Positions 9,525-18,321 of a stretch of 64,000 nt of DNA are shown piece after piece (the stretch's first letter is position 1; the number at the start of each line of letters is the position of its first letter). The translations under genes and the position numbers were made by a program. The stretch is taken from the NCBI GenBank assembly GCA_964591495.1, contig CAZQEW010000001.1, positions 5,503 through 69,502 of the forward strand. The letters run 5' to 3'. This DNA is from an uncultured Klebsiella sp. (GTDB taxonomy: Bacteria; Verrucomicrobiota; Verrucomicrobiia; Limisphaerales; SXTU01). Below the pieces are notes generated by a model. The model saw only the letters and a program-made list of their open reading frames with translations. It had not been told where the DNA came from and ran no database searches.

Positions 9525-10242
9525 AGACGCAGAACAGTTCATCGCCTACGCGCCGGGTGCTGGCGAGCCGCAGTTGAAAGGCGTCGGCCAGATTGGCAAA
9601 GCCGGGTCCGTCCGCGATGGTGGGCGCCCTCCGCCCGCCAATGAGGCGCGGGCACAGAGTGAGATGCAGCTCATCCACGAGGCCCGCCCGGAAGAGCGCT
9701 TCATTAAGCTCGCCGCCGCCCTCGCACAGCAGGCGCTTCACGTTCCACTCGCGGCGGAGCCAGCGCAGCGCGTTGGCGAAGTCCACTTCCTCGTCGCCGG
9801 TCACTTTGACCGCGTCGGACACGGCACGGAGTTTGGTCAAGGCAGCGGCGGGCGCGCGTTTGCTTGTCAGCAGGAGGATGGGGGAGAAGCGGTGCTGGAA
9901 GATTTCCGCGTGTGGGTTGACTGAGCCGGACCCGGATACGATGACCCGCAGGTTCTGCTCCGCGAGCCCGCGCTTGAGCCGCAGCTTGCGGAAGCGCTCC
10001 GCGCCGGGGCCGAGCGTGTAGTTGTTCAGGTCCACGGTGCGCGCGCCGCTCATCACGGCGTCGGCCGTGGCGCGGAGTTCGTAGAGGTGATCGTGGTCGC
10101 GGCGGCTGCTGAAGGTGGCGACGGCGCGGTTGGCCGAGGCGATCTTGCCGTCGGCAGACATCGCCATGTTCACGAGAACAAAGGGAAGTAAGCCCGTTCC
10201 GGTCCTGGAGTTGCGAGATTCGAGCTGGCTGCGGGTGCGCAT
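9508..10242 (-). CDS. RibD C-terminal-domain reductase (diaminohydroxyphosphoribosylaminopyrimidine reductase family)
   Basis: The track ORF 9508..10383 overlaps the queA 3' end. The internal ATG at complement(10242) gives MRTRSQLES...PFVLVNMAMSADGKIA...RLLCEGGGELNEALFRAGLVDELHLTLCPRLIGG, the RibD_C/DHFR-like signature. Confidence 0.75.
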   Translation of the reverse strand: MRTRSQLESRNSRTGTGLLPFVLVNMAMSADGKIASANRAVATFSSRRDHDHLYELRATADAVMSGARTVDLNNYTLGPGAERFRKLRLKRGLAEQNLRVIVSGSGSVNPHAEIFQHRFSPILLLTSKRAPAAALTKLRAVSDAVKVTGDEEVDFANALRWLRREWNVKRLLCEGGGELNEALFRAGLVDELHLTLCPRLIGGRRAPTIADGPGFANLADAFQLRLASTRRVGDELFCVFSRRA

Positions 10243-10282
10243 GGGCGGGTGAACAGATAGCGCGAATCGCCGCGCGCGAAAC

Positions 10283-11356
10283 TCAAATGATGAGCGTCGC
10301 ATCCCCGTAGCTGAAGAAGCGGTAGCGTTCGCGCACGGCTTCGGCGTAGGCGGCGAGGATGAATTCACGCCCGCGCAGTTCACCGGGCGCGGCGAAGGCG
10401 CTCACGAGCATGAGCAGCGTGGATTGGGGCAGGTGGAAATTGGTGAGCAGACCATCGATGACGCGGAACCGGTAGGGAGGGTAAATGAAGATGCGGGTGC
10501 GGCCCTGCAACGCCGTGAGCTGCGACTCGCAGCCGGGAAGCTGCGCGGCGCTCTCGAGCACACGCACCGTGGTGGTGCCGACGGCGATGACGCGCCGGCC
10601 CTCGCGTTTCGCAGCGTTGATGGCGTCTGCGGTGGCTGCGGGCAATTCGAAGCGTTCTTCATGCATCGGGTGATCCGCAATGTTCTCCGCCTTGACCGGG
10701 GCGAAGGTGCCGAGCCCGACGTGCAGGGTGACAAAGTGAACTTGCACGCCGCGTGCGCGGACTTGGTCGAGCAGTTCGGGCGTGAAGTGGAGGCCTGCCG
10801 TCGGGGCGGCGACGGATCCGTCTGCCTGCGCATACACGGTCTGATATCGCGCGTCATCGGCGGCTCCGGCTGCGCGCTCAATGTAGGGCGGCAGCGGAAT
10901 TTCACCGAGCGAGTCCAGCTCGTCCAAGATCTGCGGGGTGCCGGTGAACCGGACTTGGCAGTGACCTTCGGGGTTTTTTGCCAGAATTACAGCCCGGATG
11001 GCCGATGGTGCGCCGGTGTTGGTGCGCAGGTTAATCTCCGTGCCGGGGCGGACGCGTTTGCCGGGTCGCAGCAGCGTCCACCACTCATTTCGGGCGGTTT
11101 CTTCGACAAGCAGGAGTTCCACCTCCCCGCCGGTCGTCGGTTTGAGGCCGCGTAACCGCGCCCTGAGCACGCGGGAATTGTTCAACACGAGCAAATCACC
11201 AGCTCGGAGCAGGTCCGGCACCTCGCGGAAGGACCGGTGCGCCAGGCGATGGTCTGCCCGATGCATCACCATCAGGCGCGAGCCATCCCGAGCCGCAGTT
11301 GGGGTTTGGGCGATCAGCTCCGGGGGTAGCGTAAAGTCGAAATCAGCCGTGCGCAC
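10283..11356 (-). CDS. queA: S-adenosylmethionine:tRNA ribosyltransferase-isomerase
   Basis: ORF 10283..11356. MRTADFDFTLPPELIAQTP...LPPYI...AAPTAGLHFT...VTLHVGLGTF.PV...AVGTTTVR.LES...NFHLPQSTLLMLVSAF are full-length QueA blocks. Confidence 0.92.
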   Translation of the reverse strand: MRTADFDFTLPPELIAQTPTAARDGSRLMVMHRADHRLAHRSFREVPDLLRAGDLLVLNNSRVLRARLRGLKPTTGGEVELLLVEETARNEWWTLLRPGKRVRPGTEINLRTNTGAPSAIRAVILAKNPEGHCQVRFTGTPQILDELDSLGEIPLPPYIERAAGAADDARYQTVYAQADGSVAAPTAGLHFTPELLDQVRARGVQVHFVTLHVGLGTFAPVKAENIADHPMHEERFELPAATADAINAAKREGRRVIAVGTTTVRVLESAAQLPGCESQLTALQGRTRIFIYPPYRFRVIDGLLTNFHLPQSTLLMLVSAFAAPGELRGREFILAAYAEAVRERYRFFSYGDATLII

Positions 11357-11587
11357 GGGACCAGTGGGGCAAGAGTGGTAAAGGATTCAGGAGAAAGTCA
11401 GGCCGAAATGCGTGGTCTCTCGGTTTGGTAAGATAAAACGACACAAGGTATTCGTTAAAGTTCCCTCTTGGCATCGTTGGGAAACGCCAATAATTCGTTC
11501 AGAAAAGTTTGCGCCCGGGATTATCTGCATTCGCAGGGATAGTGTAACCACTTGATTATCAAATGTTAATACGATTTTAAAATAAAA

Positions 11588-11654
11588 GTGGGTTCCTTGT
11601 TGACCCGTGTGGGGTGAAAGGAATACAAAGTGGGGCGCAGTGGGTTGCTGTGGG
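11588..11654 (+). promoter_or_regulatory. Array of five phased GTGGG direct repeats (putative MraZ operator) in the AT-rich dcw promoter region
   Basis: GTGGG starts at 11588, 11609, 11630, 11640 and 11650 (spacings 21, 21, 10, 10 bp). Two copies have the form AAAGTGGG. The array lies 35 nt upstream of the mraZ ATG, inside the AT-rich stretch at about 11380-11600 (..cttgattatcaaatgttaatacgattttaaaataaaa..). Confidence 0.6.
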
Positions 11655-11688
11655 TTAATGTTGTTTGGGTGGCCCATTGGCATGGCAA

Positions 11689-12150
11689 ATGTCTGCAATA
11701 ACCGAAACTGGGCGTGTCACCTTCAAGGGTGAATACGACTTCGGCTTGGATGACAAGCGGCGGGTGCAAATCCCCGCCAAATGGCGTCCAGCCGAGGGCA
11801 CGGTCCTTTCGGTGCATGTCTGGAAAGCCGAGGGCCAGCAGCATCCCTGTTTGCTGGTCTTGCCGCCCGCTACGGCGCGGAAGCTGGAGGAAAAACTAGA
11901 AGGCATGTCCTTCAGTGACCCAAAGGCCGAGGCACTCCGGCGCCTGCTGGGCGCGGATTGTGACGATCTGACATTGGACTCGGTCGGGCGCATTTGCCTC
12001 CCGGAGAAGCTGGCGAACAAGGCCCAGCTTGGCAAGAAGGCCATTCTGGTCGGCCTGTTCGACCGGTTTCAAATCTGGAATCCCGAGCACTACCGCGACA
12101 CGAACGTGAGCGATGAGGTGGTGCGCCCGGATGCCATCAAACTGATTTAA
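11689..12150 (+). CDS. mraZ: Transcriptional regulator MraZ
   Basis: The track ORF 11665..12150 contains an ATG at 11689 giving MSAITETGRVTFKGEYDFGLDDKRRVQIPAKWR...LDSVGRICLPEKL. These are two SpoVT/AbrB-like MraZ half-domains with the DxxxR motif. The gene is first in the dcw cluster. Confidence 0.85.
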   Translation: MSAITETGRVTFKGEYDFGLDDKRRVQIPAKWRPAEGTVLSVHVWKAEGQQHPCLLVLPPATARKLEEKLEGMSFSDPKAEALRRLLGADCDDLTLDSVGRICLPEKLANKAQLGKKAILVGLFDRFQIWNPEHYRDTNVSDEVVRPDAIKLI

Positions 12151-12152
12151 CC

Positions 12153-12701
12153 ATGGGCCTCCTCAAACTGCTCAACACCGGCAAAAGCCTCGTGGGCTTA
12201 AAGGACAAGCTCATCACGAAAGTGCCGCTCGGCGAGGTGGTTCCGAATTTCAACACCCGGCCTGGGGCGATGAGCCGCATGGCCTCGGCGGTGCGGGGGC
12301 GACGACGGGGCGGCGACTCGTTCGCTGACGAGGCCCGTCCGGCAGCACGCCCTGGTGGGCCCAAGATCCGCAGCACGGTCGCTCCCGATCCAACGCTGCC
12401 CAAGAACCCCTTTGCGCGCCCCGTCCCCAAGCGGCGTCAGCCGAAAACCGACGAGGCGTTGCTGGTCCGGGAGCAGGCTCCGTTTGCGACCCGTGTCGAA
12501 TCGGCCTTCGTGCCGCCCTCTGCGGCGAAGAGCTGGGCTACGCGGCTGCGGCTGGTCCGGGACTCGGTCCGGCAACCGGTTACACGCAAGCTCAAAGTGC
12601 CCGCCCGTCTGGTGAAAGCATTCGGCGAGCAGGCGGCGGCGGTCCGGCGGCGGGTGCCGCGCGGCCCCCTTGCAGCCCGGCGGCAACTGGCGGCGGCGTG
12701 A
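12153..12701 (+). CDS. Hypothetical Arg/Pro/Ala-rich protein inserted between mraZ and rsmH
   Basis: ORF 12153..12701 (182 aa). Its ATG lies 2 nt after the mraZ stop, and third-codon positions are GC-rich like flanking genes. The N-terminus MGLLKLLNTGKSLVGLKDKLITKV looks amphipathic and the rest is low-complexity and basic. I recognised no family. Confidence 0.5.
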   Translation: MGLLKLLNTGKSLVGLKDKLITKVPLGEVVPNFNTRPGAMSRMASAVRGRRRGGDSFADEARPAARPGGPKIRSTVAPDPTLPKNPFARPVPKRRQPKTDEALLVREQAPFATRVESAFVPPSAAKSWATRLRLVRDSVRQPVTRKLKVPARLVKAFGEQAAAVRRRVPRGPLAARRQLAAA

Positions 12702-12715
12702 TCGGCGCATGAAAC

Positions 12716-13648
12716 GTGACCAGCTTCATCCACAACCCGGTGATGGTGGAGGAAGTGTTGGCCGCGCTCCGGCCGGGGGCGGGCGGGACGTTCGCCGACG
12801 GGACACTGGGTTCGGGTGGGCACGCGGCAGCGGTGCTGCGGGCCAGCGCACCGACTGGATGGCTCTTTGGCTGCGATCGCGATGGCGACGCCCTTGAGGC
12901 GGCGCGCGCGCGGCTGGCGGCGGAGTTCGCGGGCCGGTTCGAGCTGCGGCGCGGGAACTTTGCGGAACTGTCGGGCTGGATCCCGGCGGGTGGGTGTGAC
13001 GGGGTGCTGCTGGATCTCGGCGTGAGCTCCCCGCAGCTGGACCGGGCGGAACGCGGGTTCAGCTTCCAGCAGGACGGACCGCTGGACATGCGGATGGATG
13101 CGCGGCAGGCGCTGACGGCGGCGGAGCTGGTCAACTCCGCGAGCGCCGACGAATTGGCTAAGATTTTCCGGGACTACGGTGATGAGCCGGATGCGCGGCG
13201 GATGGCGCGGGCCATTGAGCGCGACCGGCAGGTGCGGCGGTTTGAGACCACGCGGCAGTTGGCGGAGCTGATGGAACGAATCTCGCCGCGGCACGGGCGC
13301 AAGGCGCATCCGGCCACGCGCGTGTTCCAGGCGTTGCGCATCGCGGTGAATGACGAGATCGGCTCGCTGCGGCGCGGGCTGGCAGGTGCGGTGCGGTTGC
13401 TCAAGCCCGGCGGGCGGCTCGCGGTGATCACGTTCCACTCGCTTGAAGACCGCGTGGTGAAGGAATTCGGGCGCGAGCTCGCGAGGGACTACGTGGTGCC
13501 CGGCGAAGTGGACGTGCCGGAGCTGCGGCAGCCGCGGGCGCCGGTGCTCCGGTTGGTGACGCGGAAGGCGATCTGCGCCGGCGACGCGGAAGTTGCGGCG
13601 AACCCGCGGGCGCGCAGCGCCCAACTGCGGGTGTTTGAGAAGATTTAG
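12716..13648 (+). CDS. rsmH: 16S rRNA (cytosine1402-N4)-methyltransferase
   Basis: ORF 12716..13648 (GTG start). HNPVMVEEVL...FADGTLGSGGHA...DLGVSSPQLD...RGFSF..DGPLDMRM...SLEDR.VK are canonical RsmH/MraW motifs. Confidence 0.92.
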   Translation: MTSFIHNPVMVEEVLAALRPGAGGTFADGTLGSGGHAAAVLRASAPTGWLFGCDRDGDALEAARARLAAEFAGRFELRRGNFAELSGWIPAGGCDGVLLDLGVSSPQLDRAERGFSFQQDGPLDMRMDARQALTAAELVNSASADELAKIFRDYGDEPDARRMARAIERDRQVRRFETTRQLAELMERISPRHGRKAHPATRVFQALRIAVNDEIGSLRRGLAGAVRLLKPGGRLAVITFHSLEDRVVKEFGRELARDYVVPGEVDVPELRQPRAPVLRLVTRKAICAGDAEVAANPRARSAQLRVFEKI

Positions 13649-13659
13649 GGCGGCGGAAT

Positions 13660-14097
13660 ATGGCAAAAAATCGAAAAAACAGCGCAGGCGGCGGGGTCCG
13701 GTTCGGCCCGGCGGTGAAGGCCTTTTTCCTCTGCCTGGTCATCGGCTCGCTGGCGGTCTGCTACGTATGGCAGAAGCGGCAGATTTACTCCCTCGGAGTC
13801 AAGACGGAGCAGCTCGAAAAACGGCTCGCCCAGCTCAAGCGTGAAAACGAGATGCGCCGCCAGCAGATGGCGATGCTGCAATCTCTGCCCTACCTCGATG
13901 CGCGCGTGAAGGAGCTTAAGCTGGGCCTGGGCGTGCCCACGCCCGACCAGATTCTCACGCTGGTCGAGGGGCAGGTGGTGCGCACCGCCCCGCGTCAGGC
14001 CCCGGCCCCCGTCCTCACGGCGATGGCATTCCCGGCCGAGAAGACCTACCTCGCCTACGCCACGAAGCCGCTGCCGCCCCCCGCCCGTAAACGCTGA
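13660..14097 (+). CDS. ftsL: Cell division protein FtsL-like (bitopic, coiled coil)
   Basis: ORF 13660..14097. It has a short basic N-terminus, one TM (AVKAFFLCLVIGSLAVCYVW) and then a heptad-like region (LGVKTEQLEKRLAQLKRENEMRRQQMAML). Its position between rsmH and ftsI fits FtsL. Confidence 0.7.
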   Translation: MAKNRKNSAGGGVRFGPAVKAFFLCLVIGSLAVCYVWQKRQIYSLGVKTEQLEKRLAQLKRENEMRRQQMAMLQSLPYLDARVKELKLGLGVPTPDQILTLVEGQVVRTAPRQAPAPVLTAMAFPAEKTYLAYATKPLPPPARKR

Positions 14098-14115
14098 CCG
14101 CTCCACCAATCCACT

Positions 14116-14181
14116 ATGAACCTCACAGCCATCCGCCACGAAGACGACGAGTCCGACTTCGAAATGAGCTTTGCCGCCTGA
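14116..14181 (+). CDS. Candidate 21-aa acidic micro-ORF overlapping the ftsI start
   Basis: Found by hand, since it is below the track cutoff: atgaacctcacagcc...gccgccTGAtg encodes MNLTAIRHEDDESDFEMSFAA. Its TGA (14179..14181) shares one nucleotide with the ftsI ATG (14181..14183). 17 of 21 third positions are G/C. Confidence 0.25.
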   Translation: MNLTAIRHEDDESDFEMSFAA

Positions 14182-16313
14182 TGTCCGCCCGGGTGACAGA
14201 CCAGGAAGTCACGCTCCAGCCGTTCCAAAACCGACGGCTGGTGCTGATGGTATTCCTGTTGTTTGTCGCCTTCTGCGGTCTCGGCTACCGGCTCGTGGAC
14301 CTTCAGGTCCTCCAGCATGAGGCGTTGAAGGCCAAGGCGGTGGCTCAGGTCCGCCAAACCCGGATGCTGGAGCCCCGGCGTGGCGACATCCGGGACGCGC
14401 GCGGCACCCTCCTCGCCACCAGCCGCCCGGTAAAGACGGTCTTTGCTGATCCGGTCCTCATTGGGGACCATCAGGCGGTGATCGCCCGCGCGCTCGCGCC
14501 GATCTTCCAGGTTCCGGAGGCCGAGCTGCACAAGCGCCTGCTGCCGCAGATCAACATGCGCACGAATCCGGTCGCCTCGCTCGACGGCATGCTGCTCACG
14601 AATCGTCACATCGTCGTCGTGGACGGTTACGTTGCAGTGCCCCGCGGCGTGCTGCACACAAACCGCTTCATCGCGTTGCACAATGGTGCGGTCACGACCA
14701 ACTACTACGCCGTCGCCACCAACTCGCCGCTCGTCCTCTCCAACAGCTACGTAGTCATCACCAACCAGCTTGTCGTCACGACGAACCGCCACGTCGTGCT
14801 TGCGCACAAGGTCCCGCTGGAGCAGTGGACGCAGATCACCGCCGCGATGGCCAAACTCGCTTTCGGCGTGGATGAGAAGAAGCTCCCGCGCAAGGAAAAG
14901 GCCTTCTACCGCGAGCTGCGCGCGAAGGCCATCAACTGCGACCCGGTGGATGACCAGATCCGCATTTACCCGAACCAATCCCTCGCTGCCCATGTGCTCG
15001 GCTTCATGGGCCCGGTCACCCGCACCAACGCGACCACCGGGGCCGTGTTCACCCAGACCGTCGGTCTCGACGGCCTGGAACGCACCCTCAACGACAAGCT
15101 CAGCGGCACGCGTGGATGGCTCGAAACCGAAGTCGGCGGCAACCGCGCCGAGCTTGTGATGAACCGCCAGCAGGAGGTGGAAGCCCAGGACGGTCTCAAC
15201 GCGGTGCTCACGCTCGATGCCGCCATGCAGCACATCCTCGAAACGGAGCTGGGCGAGATCATGGCGAAGTTCAACCCCGTCAGCGCCACCGCCATCGTCT
15301 TGCGCCCGCGCACCGGCGAAATCCTCGCGATGGGTTCGCGGCCCACCTACGACCCCAATCAGCCGGGCAAGACCCCCGTCGCCGCGCTCAAAAACCGCAT
15401 GATTGTGGACAGCTACGAGCCAGGCTCGACCGCCAAAATCATCTCCATCGGGGCCGCTTTGAACGAGGGCCTGGCGACGTTGGGGGAGCGGATCGATTGC
15501 GAGCGCGGCACCTGGTTCTACCGGGGCCGGCCGCTTCACGACCATGACCCGCTGGGCGTTTTGTCAGTCGAGGAAGTCATGATGAAGTCCTCCAACATCG
15601 GGTCCGCGAAAATCGGTCTGCGGCTCGGAGACGCCGGGTTGTTCCGCTATCTGACCGCGTTCGGCTTTGGCGAACGCACCGGAGTGCTGCTGCCGGGCGA
15701 GGCGCGCGGTCAGCTCATCCCGTTGAAAAGGTGGGATGGCATCACCGGCTCACGCGTGTCCATCGGCCACTCGGCGGCCGCGACACCGCTCCAGATGGCG
15801 ATGGCGATGGCGGCCATCGCCAACGGCGGCAAGCTCATGCGCCCGCTGCTCTTGGACCGCCTCGAAGACGCCGATGGCAAGGTCGTCTTGAAGAACCAGC
15901 CGCAGGTCGTGCGACAAGTCTTCAAGCCGGAAATCTCGAAGCAAGTTGTCGAGACCCTCAAGCGCGTCGTGTCCACCGATGGCACCGCCGCCGGTGCGCG
16001 CCTCGGCTACTACACCGCCGCTGGCAAGACCGGCACGGCGCAGAAGCTGGTCAACGGCGAATACAGCCACGCCAAGTATTTCTCTTCCTTCATTGGCTTC
16101 TTCCCGGCGGACAACCCGGAACTGCTCATCTACGTAGCCGTGGATGAACCGGAGAAAGCCAAAGGATATTACGGCGGCATCGTGGCCGCGCCGGCATTCA
16201 AGAACATCGCCCTGCGCGCGGCGAACCACCTTAACATCCGGCCGGAGACGGCCGTGGGCGAACCCGTGACCGGCTTGGCGCAGGCGCCGCTGGCCAACAA
16301 CCGGACCAATTGA
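14181..16313 (+). CDS. ftsI: Penicillin-binding protein 3 / FtsI (class B transpeptidase) with lineage-specific N-terminal-module insertion
   Basis: ORF 14181..16313. It has a TM anchor (LVLMVFLLFVAFCGLGY) and transpeptidase motifs S-T-A-K (EPGSTAKI), S-S-N (MMKSSNIG) and K-T-G-T (AGKTGTA). Residues about 126-208 are an atypical TN-repeat insertion. Confidence 0.92.
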   Translation: MSARVTDQEVTLQPFQNRRLVLMVFLLFVAFCGLGYRLVDLQVLQHEALKAKAVAQVRQTRMLEPRRGDIRDARGTLLATSRPVKTVFADPVLIGDHQAVIARALAPIFQVPEAELHKRLLPQINMRTNPVASLDGMLLTNRHIVVVDGYVAVPRGVLHTNRFIALHNGAVTTNYYAVATNSPLVLSNSYVVITNQLVVTTNRHVVLAHKVPLEQWTQITAAMAKLAFGVDEKKLPRKEKAFYRELRAKAINCDPVDDQIRIYPNQSLAAHVLGFMGPVTRTNATTGAVFTQTVGLDGLERTLNDKLSGTRGWLETEVGGNRAELVMNRQQEVEAQDGLNAVLTLDAAMQHILETELGEIMAKFNPVSATAIVLRPRTGEILAMGSRPTYDPNQPGKTPVAALKNRMIVDSYEPGSTAKIISIGAALNEGLATLGERIDCERGTWFYRGRPLHDHDPLGVLSVEEVMMKSSNIGSAKIGLRLGDAGLFRYLTAFGFGERTGVLLPGEARGQLIPLKRWDGITGSRVSIGHSAAATPLQMAMAMAAIANGGKLMRPLLLDRLEDADGKVVLKNQPQVVRQVFKPEISKQVVETLKRVVSTDGTAAGARLGYYTAAGKTGTAQKLVNGEYSHAKYFSSFIGFFPADNPELLIYVAVDEPEKAKGYYGGIVAAPAFKNIALRAANHLNIRPETAVGEPVTGLAQAPLANNRTN

Positions 16314-16314
16314 C

Positions 16315-16560
16315 TTGAACGCCATTGAAACAGACACACTGACAGCGACAGCACCCACCTTGGGAAGCCGCCGCGCGAGCGCCCTCCGTCGCGCGCCCGC
16401 CGGATCGCTGGTGCTGGCCCAGAGCTGGGTGCCGGTGTCTGTCTCCCGACCGCTGCACGCGGACCTGCGTCAGAGCACGCTGCGCGCCGCGCAAGCCTTC
16501 ACCCTGTTGTCGAGCGAGCTGGCCACCCGACGTGGCGAGGCGAAACCACCCACCGCCTGA
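16315..16560 (+). CDS. Hypothetical small protein (81 aa, TTG start) filling the ftsI-murE gap
   Basis: Track ORF 16315..16560. It starts 1 nt after the ftsI stop and ends 4 nt before the murE ATG. About 78% of third positions are G/C by my count. It has no recognisable motif, so it may be a non-coding spacer. Confidence 0.3.
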   Translation: MNAIETDTLTATAPTLGSRRASALRRAPAGSLVLAQSWVPVSVSRPLHADLRQSTLRAAQAFTLLSSELATRRGEAKPPTA

Positions 16561-16564
16561 CACC

Positions 16565-18067
16565 ATGCTCTTGAAACAACTTGTCGAGGGCCTGCCGATG
16601 CTGCGTTCGGAAGGCCCACTGGAGCGAACGGTGGCGGGAGTTACCGCTGACTCCCGCCGCCTTTCGCCGGGCATGGTCTTCGTGGCCGTGCCGGGCGAAA
16701 ACCACGACGGTCATGACTTCATCAGCACGGCGATTGACCGGGGGGCCGCCGCCGTCATCTGCGAGCGCAACGGCTTTTCCTCCGGGCGCGCGACGAAGGT
16801 CAAGGTTGCTGATGCGCGTGCCGCCTTGGCCATCGCCGCGGCGAATTTTCACGGGCATCCGAGCCGCAAACTCAAGGTCATCGGCGTCACCGGCACGAAC
16901 GGCAAGACCACGGTGAGCTTCATGGTGAAGCACATCCTTGAGGCCGCCGGAATTCACGCCGGCTTGCTGGGCACCATCCGCTACGAGATTGGGGACCGCG
17001 TGCTGCCCGCCCAGCGCACCACGCCGGAGTCGTCCGAGATTCAGTCGTTCATGGCGCAGATGATTCGGGCGGGCTGCGAGGCCTGCGTGATGGAGGTCAG
17101 CTCGCACGCGCTCGCGCAGAAACGCGTGCACGGCGTTGACTTTGACCTCGGCATTTTCACAAACCTCACGCAGGACCATCTCGACTTCCACGGCGACATG
17201 GAGAGCTACTACGAGGCGAAGAAGCAGCTCTTCACCTCGATTCAGTCCGGCACCAAGCCCGGCGCGGCGGTGCTGAACATTGACGACTCCTTCGGCTCCC
17301 GGCTCGCGCGCGAGACGAGCGCCGAAGTGCAACTCACATATGGCCTCGACGAGGCGGCGAAGCTGCGGGCGACGGACTTCAAACTCGGCCATGGCGAGAC
17401 CCGCTTCACCGCTGAGACCCCGGCGGGCCGGTTCCCCGTGACGATGCCGCTCATCGGGCGGCACAACATTTACAACGCGCTGGCTGCTATCGGCGCTGGC
17501 ATCGCGCTGCGCTTGCCCATCGCAAGGATTCAGGCGGCGCTGCGCACCATGCCTCCCGTGCCGGGCCGGCTCGAACGCATTTCCGGCGGGCAGCCCTTCA
17601 GTGTGTTCGTGGACTACGCGCACACCGACGACGCGCTCCAGCACGTCCTCCGCACCGTGCGGGAGATCACCCCTGGCCGCGTGCTGCTCGCCTTCGGCTG
17701 CGGTGGGGCACGCGACACCGACAAGCGCGCGAAGATGGGCAAGGCCGCCGCGCTGCTCGCGGACTACACCATCATCACCAGTGACAACCCGCGCCGGGAA
17801 TCGCCCGCTTCTATTGCTGCGCAGATCGAGTCTGGCTTTCGCACGGTTCGTCCCGATCAGTTCAGCGTGCAACTCGACCGCGCGCGGGCCATTCGCCAGT
17901 TGCTCCGCCTCGCCCAGCCCGGTGACACCGTGCTCATCGCCGGCAAGGGGCATGAGACCTACCAGGAATTCGAGGACACAGTCGTCCCGTTTGATGACCG
18001 CGTGCATGCGGAGGAAGCGCTGGAAGAACTTGGCTGGACTGAACACCCGTTGGCCAAAGCCGCTTAA
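16565..18067 (+). CDS. murE: UDP-N-acetylmuramoyl-L-alanyl-D-glutamate--2,6-diaminopimelate ligase
   Basis: The track ORF 16532..18067 contains an ATG at 16565 giving MLLKQLVEGL.... Mur ligase P-loop GVTGTNGKTT is present, and the DNPR motif (TSDNPRRE) indicates meso-DAP specificity. Confidence 0.92.
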   Translation: MLLKQLVEGLPMLRSEGPLERTVAGVTADSRRLSPGMVFVAVPGENHDGHDFISTAIDRGAAAVICERNGFSSGRATKVKVADARAALAIAAANFHGHPSRKLKVIGVTGTNGKTTVSFMVKHILEAAGIHAGLLGTIRYEIGDRVLPAQRTTPESSEIQSFMAQMIRAGCEACVMEVSSHALAQKRVHGVDFDLGIFTNLTQDHLDFHGDMESYYEAKKQLFTSIQSGTKPGAAVLNIDDSFGSRLARETSAEVQLTYGLDEAAKLRATDFKLGHGETRFTAETPAGRFPVTMPLIGRHNIYNALAAIGAGIALRLPIARIQAALRTMPPVPGRLERISGGQPFSVFVDYAHTDDALQHVLRTVREITPGRVLLAFGCGGARDTDKRAKMGKAAALLADYTIITSDNPRRESPASIAAQIESGFRTVRPDQFSVQLDRARAIRQLLRLAQPGDTVLIAGKGHETYQEFEDTVVPFDDRVHAEEALEELGWTEHPLAKAA

Positions 18068-18069
18068 AC

Positions 18070-18321
18070 ATGGCCCGCAACGCAAAAGAAGAAATGGCCT
18101 GGAAGCCGCGCCGAATGCGCACGGAGGATGTGCAGGCCCGGGTGGCGCATTTGCAGCGCAACCTGCCGCCGGTGGTGCAGGAAGTGTTCGGTGGCGAGGA
18201 ACCCCGCGCGACAGGTCTCGTGAAGAAGGTTGAGCCGCAACCCAATCCCGTGACGCCAAAGAAAAAATCCAAGTTCGCCGTGCTGCTCTGGGAGCCGCGC
18301 GGTGACGGAGCCGGCCGCTAA
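18070..18321 (+). CDS. Hypothetical small protein (83 aa)
   Basis: ORF 18070..18321. Its ATG lies 2 nt after the murE stop, and its TAA directly abuts the ATG of the next gene (taaATG at 18319..18324). It is Lys/Pro-rich (PNPVTPKKKSKF). I recognised no family. Confidence 0.45.
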   Translation: MARNAKEEMAWKPRRMRTEDVQARVAHLQRNLPPVVQEVFGGEEPRATGLVKKVEPQPNPVTPKKKSKFAVLLWEPRGDGAGR

